Below the pieces are notes generated by a model. That model had not been told where the DNA came from and made no database searches. It was given only the letters and a program-made list of their open reading frames with translations. 64,000 bases of DNA. Source: an uncultured Anaerolineaceae bacterium. GTDB taxonomy: Bacteria > Chloroflexota > Anaerolineae > Anaerolineales > Villigracilaceae. Within the stretch, counting starts at the first letter, position 1. Every line of letters begins with the position of its first letter. The stretch covers positions 3,036 through 67,035 of the forward strand of contig CAZGFR010000004.1 in the NCBI GenBank assembly GCA_964524485.1. The letters run 5' to 3'. The position numbers were made by a program, and so were the translations under genes. Shown piece by piece: positions 36,563-46,124 of the stretch.

Positions 36563-38307
36563 TACTCGCCTCCTTGTGCGCCGGGCATCTCGGCCGCCTC
36601 GAGTTCAGCGGGTTGGATCTGCACCGTGACGTCCGAGCCGCCCAGGGCGCGGCTCAACTCTTCGGCCGCTGTCTGGATGATGGCCTCTATGCGGATGGTG
36701 GAACTGAGTTTGCCGGTGATCTCGGCGGTTACGCGCTCGACGTCCGCGCGGTGTTGGGCGGCGCGCAGCAGGGTGGAGGTCTCGAGCGCCAGCGAAAGGC
36801 GGTCGGCCACCGCCTCGGCGATATCGACATCGTCGGGATTCAAGGGTTTGTCCTGGGGGACGCGCAGGTTGATAATGCCGATGACCTGTTCGCGCAGGCG
36901 GATGGGCACAGCCAACGTGTTGGCCTGCTGGACGGTCTGATTGTTGCGCAGGGCTTGTTGGATGGGTTCGCCTTCGAGCGGCTTCTCCAGCGGGCGGACA
37001 CCCGCTGCCGAGGTTCGGTATCCCATGGCGGCGGCAGCCGGACGCAGGATTCTCCACGCCTGGGTGATATACCCGCTGGTGGCGCGCTGGGCCTCATTGA
37101 GCAGAGCGCGCGCCTCTACGAAGGAGTTGGCGTTCTGGATGGCGATGGCCACCTGGTCGGCCAACGTGGTGAGCGCCTCCACATCTTCCTGCTTGAAGGC
37201 GTTCGGCTCGGTGCTTTGCACGTCCAGTACGCCGATCAGTTCGCGGCCCACCCTCAGCGGCAGGGCCAACTCGGAGCGAGTGTTGGGCAGGTCGGGATTA
37301 TTGAAGAAGACCACGTCTTCGCCCGCGTTCATGGCGATGCGCGGATTGCCCGAACCCGCCACGTACCCCACGATGCCCACCTGCCCGACCTTGAGCCTGT
37401 GTCCGCGCGCGAGCATTTTCTGCCCGCCCTCGGTGTTGGCGGCTTTCAGGACGGCATACTCATGGGCATCATCCAACAGAAAAATGCCTGTGTGATAAAA
37501 GCCAAAATGCTGGCTGATGACATGCGTGATGCGCGGCAGGAGCGCGTCCAATTCCTGGACGGATGCGATGACCCGCGCCACCTGGGTGATGGCTTCGAAT
37601 TGGACGGCGCGTCGCTCGCTGTTGAGGCGGGCGGACTCCAGGTCGGCGGTGCGTTCCTGGATGCGCTCCTCCAGGTGCAGGCGGTTCTGCTCCAGTTCCC
37701 GCAGGGCCAGACGGGTCTGGCGGGCCTCCTGGGTGATCTCGCTTTCCAGGCGCTGCAGGCCGAGCACGATGACTCCGCTGAAAACCAGGAACATGCCCGC
37801 GGTACTGAGCCAGTTCAACACGTTCAGGTTGCCCGCCACGGCCACTGCCACGGGGGCGTAACCGTTCAGGTACACGATTCCCCCGAAGAGCATGGCCGAC
37901 AGGGAGAGGGCGGTGGCGGTCCAGCCCGCGCGGGACGAGAGCATCAGGGTGGCGATCACAACCGTGGCATAAAAGAACAGGGTCGCATCGCTGAGGATAC
38001 CGAAATAGGTTAATTCATTGATGGCCACGCCGAACACGGCCACCAACAGCACCAGTACGCGTCCCGTGTAGGGGAACGGCAGGATGGTGATGACCAGCGC
38101 CAGCAGGTAGCCCACGGCGAATACGATGGTGGTGACGGGATTTTGCGCGGCAAGGATGCCCGCGACCAGCGCAAAGAAACCGAACACCAGCCCGACTCCC
38201 AACATGGGGCGGATAAAACCCGCACGCCAGTTTCGCACTGCCGATTCGGCTCCGTGCTGGATTGGACGCAGCAGGCTGGTCAGGGTAGGATCGTTGTACT
38301 TGTTCAT
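36562..38307 (-). CDS. Receptor paralog R6: multi-TM (no large loop) + coiled coil + GAF + GAF-like + GAF-head stub; no HAMP, no output domain
   Basis: About 6 TM segments are followed by LEERIQERTADLE. The GAF core reads HFGFYHTGIFLLD..LADQVAIAIQNANSF. The stub reads RADVERVTAEITGKLSSTIRIEAIIQTAAEELSRALGGSDVTVQI. Confidence 0.8.
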   Translation of the reverse strand: MNKYNDPTLTSLLRPIQHGAESAVRNWRAGFIRPMLGVGLVFGFFALVAGILAAQNPVTTIVFAVGYLLALVITILPFPYTGRVLVLLVAVFGVAINELTYFGILSDATLFFYATVVIATLMLSSRAGWTATALSLSAMLFGGIVYLNGYAPVAVAVAGNLNVLNWLSTAGMFLVFSGVIVLGLQRLESEITQEARQTRLALRELEQNRLHLEERIQERTADLESARLNSERRAVQFEAITQVARVIASVQELDALLPRITHVISQHFGFYHTGIFLLDDAHEYAVLKAANTEGGQKMLARGHRLKVGQVGIVGYVAGSGNPRIAMNAGEDVVFFNNPDLPNTRSELALPLRVGRELIGVLDVQSTEPNAFKQEDVEALTTLADQVAIAIQNANSFVEARALLNEAQRATSGYITQAWRILRPAAAAMGYRTSAAGVRPLEKPLEGEPIQQALRNNQTVQQANTLAVPIRLREQVIGIINLRVPQDKPLNPDDVDIAEAVADRLSLALETSTLLRAAQHRADVERVTAEITGKLSSTIRIEAIIQTAAEELSRALGGSDVTVQIQPAELEAAEMPGAQGGE

Positions 38308-40493
38308 TCCTGGTCCTTGCCTTGGAACTGGATCGCGACCTCTGCGTCGGGCAGGGTCTGGCTGAGTTCCTGGACAGTGGTCTGGAGGATCTTCTCGATG
38401 TCCACCAGGCCGCCGATGCGCGCCGAGATCTCACCGATGGTGCGCTCTTTGGCGGCCAGCCTCTGGGTCTCTTCCAGCAGGCGGGCGTTCTCCAGCGCCA
38501 GACTCGCCTGGGTGGCGGCGTTCTCTGCGATGGACAGTTCGTTCCTGGTCCACTCGTAGGCGGGATCATCCTTCTCGATACCCAGCGTGCCGATCAACTG
38601 CCCCTGCAGCGCCAGCGGGACGAGCAGGGTGCTGCCCTTCTCTCCGCGCAGGATGACGGTCCGACCCTCGACCAACTGGGACAGTTGCTCTTTGGGCAGG
38701 TCCTGCTTGACGGGGGCCACGTTCAGGCCGTCGTACTCGAACTCGGATGACTTTTCCTGCGAAACCTGCTTCCATGCGTTGCGGACCTGAGCCTGATACA
38801 GCATCCCCAGATCGCGCAGGTTCTCGCGCGTGCGCTCCGCCAGGCGGGCGTTGTTGATGGCGATGGCCAACTGGTCGGCCACGGTCTGCATGATCTTGAC
38901 ATAATCGTCGTCGAAGGCCGCTTCCTGCTTGGACTGGACGTCGAGGGCGCCGATGATCTCGCCGCCATAAATGAGAGGCAGCGCCATCTCGGAGCGGGTC
39001 TCGGGCAGCAGCGGATTGCGGAAGTGGGTCACATCGGTGCCTACGTTGAGCGCCACGCGCGGACGTCCCGTCTGGGTGACGAAGCCCACGATGCCCACCT
39101 CGCCGATCTTGAGGCGGTGGTTCAGCGCCAGCAGTTGACGGCCCGCGTCGCCCGTGGCAGCGCGCAGAACAGCATACTCCTTGCGGTCGTCCACGAGGAA
39201 GATGCCTGCGTGATAAAAGCCGAATTCGTCGCGGATCAGGTTGGCGGCGCTGTTCAGGAGTGGATCCATTTGCTGCTCGGACGTGATCTCGCGCGCAATG
39301 CGCGAGGCGGTCTCAAGTTCACGGCGGCGGCGGTCCAGATCCTGGGTGCGTTCCCTGACGCTCTGTTCCAGGTTCCCGATCATGCTGCGCAATTGGAGGG
39401 TCATCTGGTTGAAGGCCGTGCCGAGTTGCCCGATCTCGTCATCTTCGTTCACAATCGAGATGTCCTGGCCCAAGTCGCCGTTTGCGATCGACAGGGCTGA
39501 ACGGGTCAAGTCGCCGAGCGGACTCAGGACGCGGCGGGTGGTGAAGAACAACACCAGGGCGCCGATGGCCATGGCGATGACCACCACGATCAACCCGAAG
39601 AGGATGCGCGAAAATTGCTGGGAAAGGGCGGGTCTCAGGTCCGTGAAGACCTCCACCGTGCCGATGGTCTGCCCCGAGTAATCCACAAGAGGGAAGCCAT
39701 AGATGCGGTAATTGGTATTGTCGCCAGCCTGAACGGGGACGCTGGTCTTTGCGCCCTGGACCAGACCTTCGTAGTAACTGGATCCCGCATAGGGCAGGGA
39801 GGGTTTGGTCGTGGCGAGCACGAACAGGTCAAGGGTGGGGCCAGGCTCGAAAGTGGTGAAATCCTGCAAGGTGGCAAGTTCGAGCGACTGACGCGTGAGC
39901 AGGATGCGCCACTCGTGCCCGTACTGAGCCTTGAGGTCATTCAGGAAGGTGTCGTCCACGTTCGAGCCGAACTCGACGGAACCGATGAACTGATTCTGGT
40001 AGAAGATGGGGGCCACGCCGCGCAGGCCCAAGCCGCCGCGTCCCACTTCCAACCCCACCACCGGCAGTTTGGTCTGGTTGACCTGTACCACTGTGCGGCG
40101 GAAAGTGGAAAGGTCATCGCCGAAATTCTCAAGGTCGTGCAGGCGCAGAAAGGAAATGGCGGGCGGGATGTGATACTGGTATTGCGGCAGGTCGAAACGC
40201 TGGTTGAGGGTCTGGTAGTTCTTGAGGGTCAACTGGGTCAGGGCCTGTCGGTCGCGGCGAGCGAAGGCATCCTGGATGCTCGGGTCGTTTGCAGCCTCGA
40301 GCGCCAGCCCCAGGGCCAGGGTGCCCTGGCTTTCCACCTTGGCGTTGAAAGCCGTCTCGAGTTGCTGATCGTCGGCGCGCTCGCGCTCGCGATTGGCCGC
40401 CTGGTTGGTCAGGTAACTGTAGACGAACAAGCCTGCAATGGCCACGATGAAGGCGGCCAGAGTGGGGATGAGGATTCTTTGGGAGAGTCTCAT
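38304..40493 (-). CDS. Receptor paralog R5: TM + Cache-like periplasmic domain + TM + HAMP + GAF + GAF-like + GAF-head stub; no output domain
   Basis: The Cache-like segment reads PPAISFLRLHDLENFGDDLSTFRRTVV..GLRGVAPIFYQNQFIGSVEFG. HAMP reads ANGDLGQDISIVNEDDEIGQLGTAFNQM. The GAF core reads EFGFYHAGIFLVD..VADQLAIAINNARL. The stub reads AAKERTIGEISARIGGLVDIEKILQTTVQELSQTLPDAEVAIQF. Confidence 0.8.
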   Translation of the reverse strand: MRLSQRILIPTLAAFIVAIAGLFVYSYLTNQAANRERERADDQQLETAFNAKVESQGTLALGLALEAANDPSIQDAFARRDRQALTQLTLKNYQTLNQRFDLPQYQYHIPPAISFLRLHDLENFGDDLSTFRRTVVQVNQTKLPVVGLEVGRGGLGLRGVAPIFYQNQFIGSVEFGSNVDDTFLNDLKAQYGHEWRILLTRQSLELATLQDFTTFEPGPTLDLFVLATTKPSLPYAGSSYYEGLVQGAKTSVPVQAGDNTNYRIYGFPLVDYSGQTIGTVEVFTDLRPALSQQFSRILFGLIVVVIAMAIGALVLFFTTRRVLSPLGDLTRSALSIANGDLGQDISIVNEDDEIGQLGTAFNQMTLQLRSMIGNLEQSVRERTQDLDRRRRELETASRIAREITSEQQMDPLLNSAANLIRDEFGFYHAGIFLVDDRKEYAVLRAATGDAGRQLLALNHRLKIGEVGIVGFVTQTGRPRVALNVGTDVTHFRNPLLPETRSEMALPLIYGGEIIGALDVQSKQEAAFDDDYVKIMQTVADQLAIAINNARLAERTRENLRDLGMLYQAQVRNAWKQVSQEKSSEFEYDGLNVAPVKQDLPKEQLSQLVEGRTVILRGEKGSTLLVPLALQGQLIGTLGIEKDDPAYEWTRNELSIAENAATQASLALENARLLEETQRLAAKERTIGEISARIGGLVDIEKILQTTVQELSQTLPDAEVAIQFQGKDQE

Positions 40494-42514
40494 GGCTGGC
40501 CCTCGCCTGTTTCCTCAACGCCGCTCTCGGGCAGGTTGATAGTGATGAAGGTGCGGCTGGCGTTGAAGGCCTTGCCGAGTTCGCGGATGGTGTTTTGCAG
40601 GATGCCGTCCATGGCTGTGGAACTGCGAATCTGGTTGACGATGTTGGCTGTCTGGCGTTCGGTGGCGGCGCGGAGTTGGGCTTCCTGGTACAGGCGGGCG
40701 CTTTCGAGCGTGCCGCTCACCTGGTCGGCCAGGGTGCCCACCACGTTGATCTCTTCCGTCGACCAGGGTGGGGAATTTCTGGGCTTGCTCAGACGCACCG
40801 AGCCGATGTTCTGTCCGCGCACCTTCAACGGGACCAGGAGCGTCAACCCGTTATCGGTGGTGACAGGCTGCTCGATCACGGACTGGTTTTTGACGTTGCC
40901 GCGTGTGATGCGGACGAAGTTGCCCTGCGAGGTGCTCATGAAGCCGAGCGTGTCGGTCAACTTCTGCATCTGCTGCCAGGCGGTCTGACTGACGTCGCCG
41001 TAGGCGCGGCGGACGGTCTCGAGCGCGTTTTGGTTTTCCTCGAACAGGCGGGCGTTCTCGATGGCTACAGCCACCTGGTCGGCCAGCACTTGCAGCACGT
41101 TGATGTCGTCCTGCGAGAAGGCGTTCGACTCCGTGCTTTGCACGTCCAGCGCGCCCAGGATCTCTCCACCCGCCACCAGCGGCAGGGCCATCTCGGAGCG
41201 GGTGTTGGGCAGGTCGGGGTTGTCGAAGAAGGTGGCGTCCGTGCCCACGTCCAGCGCAATGCGCGGATTGCCCGTCCCTGTGACGTAGCCCACGATGCCC
41301 ACCTCACCAACCTTCAGGCGGTGACCGCGGGTGAGCATGCGCTGTCCGCCCGTGCTGTTGGCGGCGCGCAGGACGGCAAACTCCTTGCGGTCGTCGAGAA
41401 GGAAGATGCCTGTGTGGTAGAAGCCGAAGCGTTCGCTGATCAACTGGGTCACCTGCGCAAGCAGGGGATTCAGGTCGCGCAGTTTGGCGGCCACGCTGCC
41501 GATCTCGGCGGCGGTCTGGATCTGCACGGCGCGTCGTTCCAGGTCGCGGGTACGGTCGGCCACACGGCTTTCCAATTGGCCCACCATGCCGCTTAGTTCG
41601 TTCGCCATACTGTTGAAGGCCTGTCCCAGTTTGCCGATCTCGTCGTCACGTTCGAGGGTCACGCGCGCCGACAGGTTGCCGCGGCTGATCTCGGTGGCAG
41701 TCTCGGCCACCTGGGTCAATGGTCTGGCCAGCGCGCGGGCGATCACCACGCCCAGGATGCTTCCGAAGACCGTGACCGCTGCGCCCAGGACGATGGTGGC
41801 CAGCCGCATGCTCTCGATCAACTCGTAGAGGGCGAAGGGCGCCGTCGAGAGGATGCCCTCATCGGTCAGTGTATTGCGGATGATGGTGATGCTCATCGCG
41901 CCGAGCAGCAGCGCCACGATCAGGGTGATGGTGGCGATGGCGTTGGCGATCTTCGGTCCGAGGCCGATACTGCGCGCCTGGAAGATGAGCAGCAGGATCT
42001 GGAAGAAGAACGCGAACGCCGCGAGGAATCCAGCGGCGCGGATGATGTCGGTGGGGGTGGCCAGCCGCGTGTAGAAATTGCCCGCGAACGCGTCGAAGAC
42101 CACAATCAGGCTGCCTGAGATATATCCGAAGAGCAGGGCCAGGTCTGCCCGGTTGAGCGGCAGGGTCAGCGTGCTGATGATCGAGACCAGGATGGCCGCC
42201 AGGATGCCGAACGGCAGGCCGAGGTCTTGCCGCAACGCCGCGCGGAGTGCGGCAGTGGCAATGATCCCGATCAGCAGCATCCAGACCGACTGTTCCACCT
42301 GTCCGCGCAGCGCGCGGAGCAGGCCGAGGATGGAGGCGACCATCACGCCCAGGATGCCCGCTATTTCCAACGCCATCGTCAGGTTGAAAGCCTTGAGGTT
42401 CGAGATGAGCGGGGAGAGATTGAGGAACGTGATGGCCAGGATCGCAATGGCGGAAAAGACCGCATTGCGTTGTTCGCGGCTCATGGCGGGAAAGGAGATT
42501 TCAGAAGTGCTCAT
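40490..42514 (-). CDS. Receptor paralog R4: multi-TM + HAMP + GAF + GAF-like + GAF-head stub; no output domain
   Basis: About 7 TM segments are followed by HAMP (SRGNLSARVTLERDDEIGKLGQAFNSM). The GAF core reads RFGFYHTGIFLLD..LADQVAVAIENARLF. The stub reads AATERQTANIVNQIRSSTAMDGILQNTIRELGKAFNASRTFITI. Confidence 0.8.
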   Translation of the reverse strand: MSTSEISFPAMSREQRNAVFSAIAILAITFLNLSPLISNLKAFNLTMALEIAGILGVMVASILGLLRALRGQVEQSVWMLLIGIIATAALRAALRQDLGLPFGILAAILVSIISTLTLPLNRADLALLFGYISGSLIVVFDAFAGNFYTRLATPTDIIRAAGFLAAFAFFFQILLLIFQARSIGLGPKIANAIATITLIVALLLGAMSITIIRNTLTDEGILSTAPFALYELIESMRLATIVLGAAVTVFGSILGVVIARALARPLTQVAETATEISRGNLSARVTLERDDEIGKLGQAFNSMANELSGMVGQLESRVADRTRDLERRAVQIQTAAEIGSVAAKLRDLNPLLAQVTQLISERFGFYHTGIFLLDDRKEFAVLRAANSTGGQRMLTRGHRLKVGEVGIVGYVTGTGNPRIALDVGTDATFFDNPDLPNTRSEMALPLVAGGEILGALDVQSTESNAFSQDDINVLQVLADQVAVAIENARLFEENQNALETVRRAYGDVSQTAWQQMQKLTDTLGFMSTSQGNFVRITRGNVKNQSVIEQPVTTDNGLTLLVPLKVRGQNIGSVRLSKPRNSPPWSTEEINVVGTLADQVSGTLESARLYQEAQLRAATERQTANIVNQIRSSTAMDGILQNTIRELGKAFNASRTFITINLPESGVEETGEGQP

Positions 42515-42515
42515 G

Positions 42516-44204
42516 TCAGTTCTGGCCCTTTAGCGCGCCGGGATGTTTCCCGTTCGGGTTCTCGTTCACCTCAGGTGCGGGTGGCGTGTTGAATCGCACT
42601 TCGGCCTCCGTCAGCCCGAAGGCATTGCGGAGTTCGTCGGCAGCGGTCTGGAGCACGGTCTCCATGTCCAGGGTTTGGCGGATGCGGTTGGACACGTTGG
42701 CGATCATTTGGTCGCGGGCGGCGTTCTTTTGGGTCTCCTCCAGCAGGCGGGAGGTGTCGAGCGCAAGCGCCACCTGGGCGGCGATCTCTGCCGCCAGTTC
42801 CTGCTCTCGTTTGTTCCAGGGAGGTGAGGTCTGTTTGCGGCGCAGGTTGATCACGCCGATTGCCTGTCCGCGCAGCTCGATGGGCACGCGCAGGGTCCAG
42901 CCGCTATCGTCGGGCAGGGACTCGCTGGCGCGTACATCGGTCAGCGGGCGGACGCCCAGGTGAGTGTACTGATATGCGGGGGCGCGGCGCTTGAGGTAGG
43001 TCACCCAGGCGTCGCGGGTCTGCAGGGCGGTGAGGGCCTGGAACTGGCCAATGATGGCCTCGCTCTCGGTGAACAGGCGGGTGTTCTCGATGGCGATGGC
43101 CAGTTGGTCGGCCACGGTACGCATGATCTCCACATCGTCTTCGCTGAAGGCGTTGACCTTTTCGGACTGGATGTCGAGCGCGCCGATCACATGTCCGCGT
43201 ACGATCAGGGGCAGGGCCATCTCGGAGTGGGTCAGCGGCAGGTGCGGATTGTCGAAGAAGACGGCGTCCGCGCCTGTGTCGAGGGCCACGCGCGGACGGG
43301 CGCGCGCGGTGACATAGCCGACGATGCCCGTCTGCCCGACGGTCAGGCGGTGGCCGAGGCTCAGCATCTGCCTGCCGCCTTCGGAAGAGGCGGCCTGGAG
43401 CACGGCAAATTGTTCCCTGTCGTCCAGCAGGAAGATACCGACGTGGTAGAAGCCGAACTGTTCGGCAATGTTGGATACCACGCCGTTCAACAGGGCTTGC
43501 AGGTCACGGACTTCGGCGATCCTGCGGGCCACCGACGAGGCGGCTTCGAGCTGGGTGGTCTTTTCGGCGATCTCGGTGGTGCGTTCTTCCACGCGCTTTT
43601 CGAGCAGGGAGCGTTCCTTCTCGAGCGCGTTCAGCGAGGAGCGGGCGTCGGCTTGGGCGTTCTCGAACTCGCGCTGGAGCAGAGCCAGGCCGATGATGGC
43701 GATGGCGTCCAGCATTAGCAAGGCCACAGCGCTGGTGAGCCAGATCTCCCAGGAGCCGATGATCAATTCCTTGTTGATGGGTTCGATCTGCCCGACGATC
43801 AGCATCCAGCCTGCCGCGGCAGTCGCTCCCAGTGAGATGATCGTGGCGACCACCGCCGCGCGGGTCGAGAGCAGCATGGCGGTGAACACGACCGTGGCGA
43901 ACAGGAACAGGCGTGAATCGCCCCAAATGCCCGTGTCGATCAACCCGACCGCACCCAGGGCGAAGGGAAGCAGGATGAAGATGCCCGCCCGCAGCACATA
44001 CGGAATGGGTGCAAACGTGATGACGATCAGCAGAGCGTAGGCCGCAAGGTTCACCAGCGGCGTGAAGGGATCGTTCCACGAACTGAGGGAGGGGATCAAT
44101 GCAAGGAAGGCAAAGACCAACGCGACGCGCAGGATGATGCGCAGGAAGTTCTCGCGCCAGGCCTGCAGGGTGTGGGAGGTATCTCGAATGGCATTCGTGG
44201 TCAT
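42516..44204 (-). CDS. Receptor paralog R3: multi-TM + coiled coil + GAF + GAF-like + GAF-head stub; no HAMP, no output domain
   Basis: About 6 TM segments are followed by LEKRVEERTTEIAE. The GAF core reads QFGFYHVGIFLLD..VADQLAIAIENTRLF. The stub reads AARDQMIANVSNRIRQTLDMETVLQTAADELRNAFGLTEAEVRF. Confidence 0.8.
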   Translation of the reverse strand: MTTNAIRDTSHTLQAWRENFLRIILRVALVFAFLALIPSLSSWNDPFTPLVNLAAYALLIVITFAPIPYVLRAGIFILLPFALGAVGLIDTGIWGDSRLFLFATVVFTAMLLSTRAAVVATIISLGATAAAGWMLIVGQIEPINKELIIGSWEIWLTSAVALLMLDAIAIIGLALLQREFENAQADARSSLNALEKERSLLEKRVEERTTEIAEKTTQLEAASSVARRIAEVRDLQALLNGVVSNIAEQFGFYHVGIFLLDDREQFAVLQAASSEGGRQMLSLGHRLTVGQTGIVGYVTARARPRVALDTGADAVFFDNPHLPLTHSEMALPLIVRGHVIGALDIQSEKVNAFSEDDVEIMRTVADQLAIAIENTRLFTESEAIIGQFQALTALQTRDAWVTYLKRRAPAYQYTHLGVRPLTDVRASESLPDDSGWTLRVPIELRGQAIGVINLRRKQTSPPWNKREQELAAEIAAQVALALDTSRLLEETQKNAARDQMIANVSNRIRQTLDMETVLQTAADELRNAFGLTEAEVRFNTPPAPEVNENPNGKHPGALKGQN

Positions 44205-44207
44205 GGG

Positions 44208-46124
44208 TTAGTCTGCCTTCAACTCGATGGTGACTTCGTCGGTGTCCAAGGCGCGGCCCATTTCCCTGGCGGCGGTCTGCATGATGCCGTCGATGGTGCT
44301 GGAGGACCAGATCTTGCCGGTGATCTCCGCCACCATGCGCTCGCGGCGGGCGGTGGACTGGCTGTCTTCCACCAGGCGTGCATTTTCTAACGCGAGCGCG
44401 GCTTGCGAAGCAATGGCTTCGATCATGCTTCTTTCTTCGGGAGTCCAGTCGTTGTCGCCCGTCAGGTTGATCTGACCGATGATCTGGTCACGCAACGACA
44501 ACGGGATATCGATCTGGCGCACTGTCTCGTGCGGCTCCACCTCGCCGTTTTCAAAGGAGAGGTTTGGTCGTTCGTCGGTGACGCGCTTCCAGGTATCAAG
44601 CAGGTACTGTTGCTGGATGGCGTGCATATCCTGCAGGTTCTGTCGAGCCTCCTGGAACAGGCGCGCGTTCTCGAGCGCGATGGCGATCTGGTTGGCCATG
44701 GTCTGAAGGGTCTCGATGTCCTCCGGGTCGAAGGCGCTATCCTTCGTCGATTGGGCGTCCAGCGCCCCGAGGACGCGGTCGCCCACGATAAGCGGGAGCG
44801 CGATCTCGGAGCGGGTGTACGGGAGCAGCGGATTGTCGAAGCGGACGTGGTTCCCGACGGTGTCCATCACCACCTGTGGCTGGCGCTCGCGGATGGCGGT
44901 CCCCACCATGTTCTTGCCATCCACTTCCAGGCGGTGCTTGTTCTCGCGCAACACGCGGCCTGCATCGCCGGTGGCGTTGCGGAGTTCGGCCCAGCGCTCG
45001 GAGGGGTCCAGCAGGAAGAGGGCCACGTAGTAGTAACCGAATTCCTCGGCGATCAAGTTCACGAGGCGTTCAGTCAGTTCGTTTGCGTCGAGGATGGCGC
45101 TGATGACGCGGCTGACCTGCACCGTGGCGCGCAATTGGGCGGTGCGTTCCTTGACCTGCGACTCGAGCGTTTCCTGAAGGGTGTTCAGACGCCCGGCCAT
45201 GTGGTTGAAGTAAATGGAGACTTCGCCGATTTCATCGGAGGCGATCACGTCCACGCGTTTGGTCAGGTCGCCTTGTTCCAATGCCTGCATGGCCTGGATC
45301 AGGTTGCGCATCGGGGTCAACAGGGTGCGCAGGATCAGGGCTGAGAGGGTCAATCCCAACACAAGGTTGATGGCGCTCGCCACGATTGACTGGACCTGGA
45401 AACTTCTCACCAAGTCTGCGCCGCCTGCTCCGCCGCTGGTTGCCAGGAGGACGTGATGATATCCGATCGGGCCCATCACCAGGATGCCGATGGCGATCAG
45501 CGTCAGCGCCGAACCGATGATCTTGTTTGTGAGACCGAACCCAACCACGTCCTTCAACTGGGCTTCGATGGTCTTGGGGATCAATACCACGCGGACCGGG
45601 CGCAGGAAATAATCGAGGATGTGTGAGGCGAGCGAAGCCCCGCCAAAGGAGGCCACCAGCCCGCCCATGATCCCGTACTGGAACTGCTCGGGCGTGACAC
45701 CGTGGTAGAAGTACAGGAACCCCAACAGCGGGATGGTCTCCCCGATCAACGCGACCAGGAAGGTGGTCAGGATGAAGCGCAGGGGCAGCGAGTTAACCTC
45801 CCGCCAGGCGGCGCTTTCGGTCTTGTCTCCGCTCGAAAGGGGTTTTCCCTGGCTCCACTGGGTCAATCGCAGGAAGGCGTTCTGGCTGGAGTAATACGTC
45901 CAGGCTGCCATGACGACATTTCCAATGGGGACCAGCACCCAGGTGATGCGGAACACCATCGAGATCTGGTCGGCGGTGAATTGGGCGTTGTTTTGCACGA
46001 AGTAGGTGGCCACAGCCGTGCTGACAAAGGCTATAAGCTGAACCACGAGCACCGTGACCGGCAGGTACCAGCCGCCCAGCCGCTTCAAAGCGTTTTGCAG
46101 GAAGGGTGCAAGGTCGAACTTCAT
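44208..46124 (-). CDS. Receptor paralog R2: ~6 TM + HAMP + GAF + GAF-like + GAF-head stub; no output domain
   Basis: HAMP reads LEQGDLTKRVDVIASDEIGEVSIYFNHM. The GAF core reads EFGYYYVALFLLD..MANQIAIALENARLF. The stub reads ARRERMVAEITGKIWSSSTIDGIMQTAAREMGRALDTDEVTIEL. Its start forms an ATGA overlap with R1. Confidence 0.8.
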   Translation of the reverse strand: MKFDLAPFLQNALKRLGGWYLPVTVLVVQLIAFVSTAVATYFVQNNAQFTADQISMVFRITWVLVPIGNVVMAAWTYYSSQNAFLRLTQWSQGKPLSSGDKTESAAWREVNSLPLRFILTTFLVALIGETIPLLGFLYFYHGVTPEQFQYGIMGGLVASFGGASLASHILDYFLRPVRVVLIPKTIEAQLKDVVGFGLTNKIIGSALTLIAIGILVMGPIGYHHVLLATSGGAGGADLVRSFQVQSIVASAINLVLGLTLSALILRTLLTPMRNLIQAMQALEQGDLTKRVDVIASDEIGEVSIYFNHMAGRLNTLQETLESQVKERTAQLRATVQVSRVISAILDANELTERLVNLIAEEFGYYYVALFLLDPSERWAELRNATGDAGRVLRENKHRLEVDGKNMVGTAIRERQPQVVMDTVGNHVRFDNPLLPYTRSEIALPLIVGDRVLGALDAQSTKDSAFDPEDIETLQTMANQIAIALENARLFQEARQNLQDMHAIQQQYLLDTWKRVTDERPNLSFENGEVEPHETVRQIDIPLSLRDQIIGQINLTGDNDWTPEERSMIEAIASQAALALENARLVEDSQSTARRERMVAEITGKIWSSSTIDGIMQTAAREMGRALDTDEVTIELKAD